Shown here: positions 57,907 through 64,000 of the stretch, in pieces | How the letters are laid out: each line of letters begins with the position of its first letter | Position numbering within the stretch: position 1 is the first letter of the stretch | Assembly: GCA_038063915.1 (NCBI GenBank) | Contig: JBBTUE010000001.1 | Location: 23,619-87,618 of the forward strand | Source of the DNA: Patescibacteria group bacterium | GTDB lineage: Bacteria > Patescibacteriota > Minisyncoccia > Phycocordibacterales > UBA9973 | Direction: 5' to 3' | DNA length: 64,000 nt | The notes under the pieces: model-generated | Seen by the model: the letters and a program-made list of their open reading frames with translations, nothing else | The model's database searches: none | Told to the model about the DNA's origin: nothing | Program-made: the position numbers and the translations under genes

Positions 57907-58213
57907 AAAGGCCTAGGAGTCAAACCTCAATAAGTCTGCTGACTTGATGAGAACTGGCTCCTAGGCCTTTAGCCTTTAGAACGAAAGAACATATGCACTT
58001 ATATAATATATAATTGGTCAGTGCAATAAAATGTACTTGTGTGTATAACCTCTTCCCGATTTATTTATCCCATAATCTTTGGGTGTAGATTGGAAAGCTA
58101 TAAACGATACGACTTAGGTACATTATACACCAGATATCGGAAATAGCAAAATCTCTTGTGGATAAACTATTTAGAAGGTGGTCAGGCTTTGAAAAAGCCG
58201 ATTAGTTCTATTC

Positions 58214-58289
58214 TGGTGCCCTCGGTAGGAATCGAACCTACGACCATCTCCTTAAAAGGGAGCTGCTCTACCAACTGAGCTACGAGGGC
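58214..58289 (-). tRNA. tRNA-Lys (anticodon UUU), CCA encoded
   Basis: Minus-strand GCCCTCGTAGCTCAGTTGGTAGAGCAGCTCCCTTTTAAGGAGATGGTCGTAGGTTCGATTCCTACCGAGGGCACCA. 7-bp acceptor stem, GCTC/GAGC D-stem, anticodon loop CTTTTAA (T33, anticodon TTT, A37), GTAGG/CCTAC T-stem with TTCGATT loop. One G-A mismatch at 27-43. Confidence 0.85.
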
Positions 58290-58353
58290 ATATTGACGAT
58301 TACCCAAAAATACCATATTTAAGCCTTTAAATCAATATGAAATGTTATTATAA

Positions 58354-58581
58354 ATGAGTATGTACATCCATGTAAAAATTATCGCCAAAGCTAAAAAGGA
58401 ATCAATCAAACAAGAAAACGAGGACCACTTCCTCATTTCCGTCCGTGAGCCCGCCGAACGCAACCTCGCCAATACTAGGGTAATAGAGATCCTTGCCCTC
58501 CACTTCAAACTCCCAGTTGCTAAGGTTAAAATTATTAATGGACACAAATCTCCAAGTAAACTTATATCTATTAAGGAATAA
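58354..58581 (+). CDS. DUF167 (YggU/UPF0235) family protein
   Basis: IHVKIIAKAKKESIKQENEDHFLISVREPAERNLANTRVIEILALHFKLPVAKVKIINGHKSPSKLISIK fits the DUF167 pattern. A GC-rich hairpin follows at 58586-58617. Confidence 0.5.
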   Translation: MSMYIHVKIIAKAKKESIKQENEDHFLISVREPAERNLANTRVIEILALHFKLPVAKVKIINGHKSPSKLISIKE

Positions 58582-58687
58582 TCAACGCCCGCCCGCCAAC
58601 CACTTGTGGGGCGGGGGCATCATAGCCCAAGTAAGCTTTTAGCGGTGGATTGAGTTTGAGTTCGTACTAGAGTAGAATGAAGGAGTT

Positions 58688-59251
58688 ATGAGACTAGCAA
58701 AACATAAAATATCATTAGGTGGGAAAAAATTAGAAATCGAGGTTGCTTATTTAGACAAGAAAGACGGGAAGATTTTTAAAAAACTTTTTGATATTTGGAG
58801 AAAGTTAAATATAGGACTTGAAAAGTATGGAAGAAAAGTAAATATTCCTGAGGTTATATCTGAAGGAATGTTCTGTGTTTTTTCTAGCTCTGTTCGTTAC
58901 CAAAAAAAATTAAAAGGGGAGGGGACAGTTTCTTTCGATACAATTAATATAAAAAATCAAAGAAGAGAGCAAATAAAAGCGTCTAGTATAGAAGAAGATT
59001 TAACTTCTTTTGGACCAAGAACTGAATGGGACGATTTGTATTTTCTGGATTTTTTCAATAATGGGAAATTAGATGGAACTTTTAACGTTTACTTAATTCC
59101 AAATAAATTGATATATTCAAATGCTGTGAATAAAGGTCAAACCATGAAAGATCAACAAGGGGAAAAACGCAGACCTCGTTTCAGTATAAAGAAAGATATT
59201 ATTGATAAATATAAAATTAAACCTAAAGCTAAGAATGTGAAGGTTTGGTAA
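58688..59251 (+). CDS. hypothetical protein; candidate Type II restriction endonuclease partner of the adjacent C5-methyltransferase
   Basis: 187-aa ORF with no family motif recognisable. Convergent with the MTase gene, stop codons abutting (TAA 59249-59251 / TTA 59252-59254). No Vsr CFWHxH motif. Confidence 0.25.
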   Translation: MRLAKHKISLGGKKLEIEVAYLDKKDGKIFKKLFDIWRKLNIGLEKYGRKVNIPEVISEGMFCVFSSSVRYQKKLKGEGTVSFDTINIKNQRREQIKASSIEEDLTSFGPRTEWDDLYFLDFFNNGKLDGTFNVYLIPNKLIYSNAVNKGQTMKDQQGEKRRPRFSIKKDIIDKYKIKPKAKNVKVW

Positions 59252-60838
59252 TTATTCCATCGCTTTCATCATTTGTTTCGCTACAGCCTCAACCACAGGA
59301 ACACTCACAGAGTTTCCTGCTTGTTTATATAGAGCTGAGTCAGAGATTTTTGGCAAAATATAATCTTTTGGGAATCCTTGAATTCTAAAGCATTCTAAAG
59401 GAGTAAGTTTTCGTATGCCTATTTTGTCTTTTATAATAGGCACGTTGTGCCCACCCATTCCCATATTTGCTGTTAATGTTGGGCAAACCCCACTTTTGTT
59501 TTCTCTTACATATTGTCTACGCCATTGATATACTTTACCTTCCTCTTTTATATCTTTCTTAAGTTTTTCAAAAAGAGGTTTACCATTGTAATAATATTTT
59601 TCAGGCACGTTTTTCTCTAATATATCGGTGATTTTTTTAGTTAGTTTGATTGGGTGAGGGAATTCAAATTTTTCAGAATAATCCTTATTTTTAAAACCCA
59701 CTATATAAATGCGCTCTCTATTCTGTGGGATATTCCCATATTCCATGCTATTTAGAATTTTTGATTTTACAAAATACCCCATTTCCTTTAATCTTTCCTC
59801 AATAACTTTAAAAGTATTGCCTCCGTCATGACTTTTCAAATTCTTAACATTTTCTAAAAGAAATCCTTCAGGTTTTCTTTCTTCTAAAATCTCTGCCAGT
59901 TTATTAAATAAATTTCCTCTACCTTTTTCATCATCAAAACCTTTTCTATATCCAGCTATTGAAAACGGTTGGCAAGGGAATCCTGCCAAAAGGAAATCAA
60001 ATTTAGGTAAATCATCTATGCCAAGTACATTTAAGTCTTCTACTACAAGTTTTGAGTCCTTAAAATTTAAATCATATGTTTGCCTGCAAGGTTCATCGAA
60101 ATCATTTGCAAAAACTGTTTTAAACCCAGCGTTCTCAAATCCTAAGCGTATTCCACCTACACCTGCAAACAGATCAATTGTTTTAAACCCATGTTTAGTC
60201 TTTTTCGCAACTGACTTTTCTGGCTTATTAGTGATATTACTTATAACTTGAACAACAATACCTCGCACCTCAACATCTGTTCTAAATAGTGTAGGCATAT
60301 TTGGGTTTCTTGGTTCAAGGTTAAAACCTTTTCCTTTTCTATAAAGTTTTTTTAATGTCGCTTCGTTATCGTCAATAATAGCCACAACAGTCTGACCATT
60401 TTCAGCAACAGATTGGTTTTTTATTATCACAATATCACCATCAAAAATACCGTCATCTATCATAGAATCTCCAACGACACGTAGTGCGTAATATCCTTCT
60501 GACGATCTAATTTGTGGATTTATGACAGAAACTGAGCCATCTCTTTCTTCTATTGCTGGGAGTGGGTATCCAGCTTTAATGCTTCCAAGTATTGGAATTT
60601 CAATTACTGGTCTAATTTCTTTTTTTAAAATTAAGCTCCTAGCCGAATTATTAGACTTCGAAAGATACCCTTTTGATTTTAGAGAATTTATATGTTCATG
60701 TATCGTAGAAACTGCTTTTAGTTTTAACCTTTTTCGTATTTCTTCGATGGTAGGGGATATACCGTTTTCCTGAGTATAATTATCTATAAAATCTAATACA
60801 TTTTTTTGTTTTCTTGTTATTGTCTTCATATTTATCAT
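59252..60838 (-). CDS. LexA repressor (wHTH + S24 peptidase) fused to DNA (cytosine-5)-methyltransferase
   Basis: Continuous 528-aa ORF. N-terminal LexA (RKQKNVLDFIDNYTQENGISPTIEEIRKRL...; AG bond in SIKAGYPLP; VVGDSM Ser; ATLKKL Lys). C-terminal C5-MTase motifs I DLFAGVGG, IV GFPCQPFS, VI ENVKNL, VIII QNRERIYIVG, IX-X RKLTPLECFRIQGFP / QAGNSVSVPV. Confidence 0.75.
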   Translation of the reverse strand: MINMKTITRKQKNVLDFIDNYTQENGISPTIEEIRKRLKLKAVSTIHEHINSLKSKGYLSKSNNSARSLILKKEIRPVIEIPILGSIKAGYPLPAIEERDGSVSVINPQIRSSEGYYALRVVGDSMIDDGIFDGDIVIIKNQSVAENGQTVVAIIDDNEATLKKLYRKGKGFNLEPRNPNMPTLFRTDVEVRGIVVQVISNITNKPEKSVAKKTKHGFKTIDLFAGVGGIRLGFENAGFKTVFANDFDEPCRQTYDLNFKDSKLVVEDLNVLGIDDLPKFDFLLAGFPCQPFSIAGYRKGFDDEKGRGNLFNKLAEILEERKPEGFLLENVKNLKSHDGGNTFKVIEERLKEMGYFVKSKILNSMEYGNIPQNRERIYIVGFKNKDYSEKFEFPHPIKLTKKITDILEKNVPEKYYYNGKPLFEKLKKDIKEEGKVYQWRRQYVRENKSGVCPTLTANMGMGGHNVPIIKDKIGIRKLTPLECFRIQGFPKDYILPKISDSALYKQAGNSVSVPVVEAVAKQMMKAME

Positions 60839-61009
60839 ATTTTGCTACATTTACATTATATACGAATAAAAACCGAAAACTAAGGCAGTTATACACAGTT
60901 TCTACACACATTTATCACCAAAGTATACTTTTCGTTAAATGTCAAGGTGATATAATTAATAAGTAGAAGAGAAAGTCGAACTCATTAAAGAACTACAAGT
61001 CTAAAATTT

Positions 61010-61255
61010 ATGGCAAAGTTACCAAAATTTACTCTCGAGTACAACGAGAAAAAAGACCGCTGGGACCTAGAACAGGATAAAACTCATAAGGTAGTTAAGT
61101 CTTTTGAAACAAAGGAAGATGCCACTACGGGTGGCGTTCTCAGAAAAATCCTTGGTGAAGATGGCGGGTCAGTTAAAATCCAGAAAGAAGATGGAAAGTT
61201 TCAGGAAGAACGAACATACCCAAAAAGTGCTGACCCTAAAGAATCGGAAGGATAG
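61010..61255 (+). CDS. DUF2188-family small protein
   Basis: KFTLEYNEKKDRWDLEQDKTHKVVKSFETKEDATTGGVLRKILGEDGGSVKIQKEDGKFQEERTYP fits the DUF2188 pattern. Hairpin plus T-tract terminator at 61372-61399. Confidence 0.45.
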   Translation: MAKLPKFTLEYNEKKDRWDLEQDKTHKVVKSFETKEDATTGGVLRKILGEDGGSVKIQKEDGKFQEERTYPKSADPKESEG

Positions 61256-61371
61256 GTTAACTTGAGCAAAAAAACTGGTTTATAACGCGCTTGATAGATA
61301 GAGAAAATCTGTACTCGTTAGCTCAGTACTATAATCCATGATAGCGGTAGAAAAGTTTTACCTAGCTCATT

Positions 61372-61399
61372 AAAAACCACTCGTCGATAGTGGTTTTTA
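61372..61399 (+). terminator. Rho-independent terminator after the DUF2188 gene
   Basis: AAAAACCAC-TCGTCGATA-GTGGTTTTTAATT. Confidence 0.6.
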
Positions 61400-61440
61400 A
61401 TTGTTAATTCTTTTAATAACATTCTGGTATAATAAAAGTT

Positions 61441-61680
61441 ATGGAAAATAGTCAAAAAGATAATGATAAAAAATCTGAACGAAATTATCTCAATGTAATA
61501 CTTGTGTTTGCAACAATTCAGGTAATTATTACAATTTTACAATTTGTACAATCATCACTGAATTCTGCTACAAACTTAGGTAGATGGTTTGGAGCTGTTG
61601 GTATTACAGTTGTCGTAATTATGATGTGGTATATGTATAAGGTAATAAAAAATGAGAATAAACAAAAGAAATTTAAATAG
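61441..61680 (+). CDS. small two-TM membrane protein
   Basis: 79 aa; LNVILVFATIQVIITILQF and FGAVGITVVVIMMWYMY hydrophobic segments. Extended -10 (TGGTATAAT, 61425-61433) 7 nt upstream of the ATG. Confidence 0.3.
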   Translation: MENSQKDNDKKSERNYLNVILVFATIQVIITILQFVQSSLNSATNLGRWFGAVGITVVVIMMWYMYKVIKNENKQKKFK

Positions 61681-61873
61681 TGGATTTATTGGACTTTTGA
61701 TGCTTTTGATTGGAGTGGCAATTATAATATTTTTCATTGTTCGGACGGATTTGTTTACCGGTAATAAAGACGGCAAAAATATGATAGAGCAGAAGACAAG
61801 TGCCCTAGATCAAGCTAAAGATGTAAAAGCTCAGCTTGAGGAGAATAGTAGAAAAGCAACCGAACAACAATGA
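61652..61873 (+). CDS. small membrane-anchored protein
   Basis: 73 aa; N-terminal FIGLLMLLIGVAIIIFFIV TM and a charged tail. Overlaps the previous small ORF by 29 nt in another frame. Confidence 0.3.
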   Translation: MRINKRNLNSGFIGLLMLLIGVAIIIFFIVRTDLFTGNKDGKNMIEQKTSALDQAKDVKAQLEENSRKATEQQ

Positions 61874-61987
61874 AAACCGAATCAATTCTTATTCTTCCAT
61901 TTATTCGCTCGGTGCTCAAATATGGCCCTTGTTATGCAAAACCTAGTAGTATTTGCTTCGCTGATACTCGTGTGACATAATGCTATT

Positions 61988-62668
61988 ATGAAATTTGAAT
62001 CCCCTGAGGAAATCACAAAAAGAGCACAACAAGAGATTAATAACAGGCTAGACCCTGATTTCGAGCAGAAATACCAAGCCGTTAAACCCGCTCTTGATAA
62101 ATACGCAGAGGTAAAATTTATAGAGGAAAATACCAAGAAAGCCCAAGCTTTGAAGGAACGAAAAGAAAAGGAAAATGATCAAATTGAAGAAATAAGACAA
62201 TCCTTGGGTGCAACTTCTGAACAGGCTAGAAACACAATAGGGCTCGAGTTAAATATGCATTCAAAAGAGAAAATAAATGAACGAGCTCAAAATAGAATAA
62301 ATATGATTAGAGGAACTATACCAAAAGAAACCCTAGATCAGCCATGGTCAGCAAAAGCGGAAGAGGTCCTCAAGCAGTCTGGTGTCGAGAAACGTTTCCC
62401 TACTGAAGAGGCGCCAGTAGCTTCTCCAGTAGAAGTTTTAATAAACGAAAAAGTAGAAGACCAAAAACTTGGTACTCCAGAGGGTAGGGCACGCAATGTA
62501 ATGTCTATGATAGAGAACGGAAAACTCGATACAAACGAAAAGAAAGCTAAAAATCTAATTAATTTTAACGAACGAATTAATGCACTACAGCAAGAAAGAA
62601 GTGAAAAGAAAAACAAAATCCAACAACTCGTATCGTGGTGGAAAACTCTCGGTGAAAGAAATAATTAA
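61988..62668 (+). CDS. hypothetical coiled-coil protein
   Basis: 226 aa, charged/helical; no motif recognised. Confidence 0.35.
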   Translation: MKFESPEEITKRAQQEINNRLDPDFEQKYQAVKPALDKYAEVKFIEENTKKAQALKERKEKENDQIEEIRQSLGATSEQARNTIGLELNMHSKEKINERAQNRINMIRGTIPKETLDQPWSAKAEEVLKQSGVEKRFPTEEAPVASPVEVLINEKVEDQKLGTPEGRARNVMSMIENGKLDTNEKKAKNLINFNERINALQQERSEKKNKIQQLVSWWKTLGERNN

Positions 62669-63149
62669 TAATAAAATAGAGTCTATTCTCATTCTCCCCT
62701 CTATCCGATCCGCTCTCAACGTCGGGGCGATGTTTAGGACAGCAGATGCAGTGGGGATAAGCAAGATTTATTTGACGGGGACGACGCCGAGCCCTAGTGA
62801 TAGGTTTGGTAGGGTACAGAAGGATATTGCTAAAAGCGCACTTGGGGCGGAAACTTGGGTCTCATGGGAATATAAAAAAAGTTTACCCACTCTTATTTCT
62901 AAATTAAAAAAAGACGGTTTTAAAATTATCGCTATTGAGCAAGACAAGAGAGCAGTAGATTACAGAAAAGTATCCACCAAAAGCATGCATAAAGTTGCTA
63001 TCATACTTGGCCCTGAAGTAGAAGGCCTAGATAAAAAGATATTAGATAAATGCGACGCCACTGCCTATATTCCAATGCACGGGAAGAAAGAGTCGCTCAA
63101 TGTATCTGTTGCTGCAGGGATCGCCCTATTTAGAATTTTAGGTAAGTAG
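62580..63149 (+). CDS. SpoU/TrmH-family (SPOUT) RNA 2'-O-methyltransferase
   Basis: LNVGAMFRTADAVG, IIAIEQ, ILGPEVEGL, and ESLNVSVAAGIALF motifs. The ATG at 62580 overlaps the previous ORF by 89 nt; an in-frame GTG at 62649 is an alternative start. Confidence 0.7.
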   Translation: MHYSKKEVKRKTKSNNSYRGGKLSVKEIINNKIESILILPSIRSALNVGAMFRTADAVGISKIYLTGTTPSPSDRFGRVQKDIAKSALGAETWVSWEYKKSLPTLISKLKKDGFKIIAIEQDKRAVDYRKVSTKSMHKVAIILGPEVEGLDKKILDKCDATAYIPMHGKKESLNVSVAAGIALFRILGK

Positions 63150-64000
63150 TTATTTCTGGCAATGAGGGCAGAATACTGTTGCGCGATTGTTGATGAGAAT
63201 TTTTTCTAATGGTTTTTTGCATCGGACGCACGCTTTGCCAGCCTTGCCGTAGACTTTGTGCTCTCTAGCATAGTTACCCATAGATTCGTCGAGCAGGCGA
63301 TAGGTGGCCACCGACGACCCTCCAGTTTTTATCGCTCTTTTCATAATACTAACAATTTTTCCATGGAGCTTTTTAACTTCACTCTGTTTCAAGGTCGATG
63401 CATTTCGGCGAGGGTCAATACCTGATTCAAACAAACTTTCGTCTGTATAAATATTACCTACACCGGTTACAACTTCTTGCCCCATTAGGACTGTTTTTAT
63501 TCTACTCCTTCTATTTTTTAGTGAGCCTTGAAAATATTTCACGGTAAAACTTTTATCCAGTGGTTCCTTGCCGAGCAACTCGAAGTGATTTTCTTTTTCA
63601 AACGCACTGGTAGTAGGGTAGTAGAGGAGGTAGCCAAACATACGAGTGTCATTATAATATAGTGTCCCATTAGCTAATTTGAAAATAATATGAGTATGTT
63701 TGTTGGGCAAAGTTTTTTCAGATATCTCTATCGGGTGGCCTCCGATTATTTTATTTTTCCCACTTGAGGATTTGTATACAAATTGCCCCGTCATTTTTAG
63801 GTGAGCCAGTATTATTTTGTTGTGGCTCAACTTAAAAATTAAATTTTTTGCCCTACGCTCCACAGAGACAAAATGCTCACCCTTAAGTCCCCGAATAAAC
63901 TCTTCTCGTTTCTTTTTAGAGGCAGTACGAATAGTACCCTTGCCCGATACGAGCTTTGGCTTATTTACTATCACTTTTAGAATTTTTTGCCCAAGGATTG
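63150..64000 (-). CDS. fpg: formamidopyrimidine-DNA glycosylase (Fpg/MutM; Fpg/Nei family), 5' end beyond window
   Basis: H2TH region and C-terminal zinc finger (CVRCKKPLEKILINNRATVFCPHCQ). The track start at 63974 is a GTG, and the frame stays open upstream to the window edge, so the PELPEVE N-terminus is expected beyond 64000. Confidence 0.7.
   Translation of the reverse strand, partial: ILGQKILKVIVNKPKLVSGKGTIRTASKKKREEFIRGLKGEHFVSVERRAKNLIFKLSHNKIILAHLKMTGQFVYKSSSGKNKIIGGHPIEISEKTLPNKHTHIIFKLANGTLYYNDTRMFGYLLYYPTTSAFEKENHFELLGKEPLDKSFTVKYFQGSLKNRRSRIKTVLMGQEVVTGVGNIYTDESLFESGIDPRRNASTLKQSEVKKLHGKIVSIMKRAIKTGGSSVATYRLLDESMGNYAREHKVYGKAGKACVRCKKPLEKILINNRATVFCPHCQK

Noticed and set aside
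58688-59251. 187-aa ORF as Vsr very-short-patch repair endonuclease partner of Dcm
   Set aside because: It lacks the Vsr catalytic FxDGCFWHxH motif and is convergent rather than co-directional or overlapping with the MTase 3' end.
61300-61345. TAGCTCAGTAC D-arm-like string suggesting a tRNA or tRNA fragment
   Set aside because: There is no closing D-stem, anticodon arm or T-arm. It lies in the 3' UTR of the DUF2188 gene before its terminator.
1-64000. CRISPR arrays, rRNA genes, transposase/IS elements
   Set aside because: No regularly spaced direct repeats, no rRNA-like conserved stretches and no transposase-like ORFs were detected on either strand.

Overview
This is a 64-kb, AT-rich, densely coding window that looks like a Candidate Phyla Radiation (Patescibacteria)-type chromosome. 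That assignment is inferred from gene content and the many large K/E-rich or secreted hypothetical proteins.

The window spans the chromosomal replication-origin region: rpmH-rnpA-yidD-yidC-jag on the minus strand diverge from dnaA-dnaN-(DUF721/DciA-like) on the plus strand.

Other recognisable housekeeping genes are:
- an xerC/D-like recombinase (partial, at the window start)
- rpsO, pnp, a dksA/traR-family gene, comM/yifB
- an LysM-M23 peptidase plus a PG-binding protein
- a UvrD/PcrA-type helicase, rsmA(ksgA), a class-A PBP, tyrS, ruvC, ruvB
- a pilB/GspE-type ATPase, tsaE, a PlsC-family acyltransferase, polA
- an ICMT-family methyltransferase, a holA-like gene, a SpoU-type methyltransferase, and fpg (partial, at the window end)
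- one tRNA-Lys(UUU) with encoded CCA

No rRNA and no CRISPR array were seen.

Accessory or unusual content:
- A ~16-kb Gram-positive-style T4SS-like cluster (20.5-36.7 kb). It contains a TrbL/VirB6-like protein, a PrgI/VirB3-like protein, a VirB4 ATPase split into two adjacent ORFs, and an 882-aa protein that embeds a VirB2-like pilin hairpin between peptidoglycan-hydrolase domains.
- A single ORF fusing a complete LexA repressor to a C5-cytosine DNA methyltransferase, tail-to-tail with a small candidate restriction endonuclease, next to tRNA-Lys.
- A pair of giant (869 and 972 aa) charged hypothetical proteins behind a consensus promoter.
- A PRTase-like/AstE-AspA-like/LOG-like gene trio with a YerC/TrpR-like regulator. 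The trio is bracketed by palindromes that share the half-site AACTAAAGTA, next to the Xer-like recombinase.
- A recurring pattern of -10 boxes 5-8 nt upstream of start codons, which suggests leaderless mRNAs.
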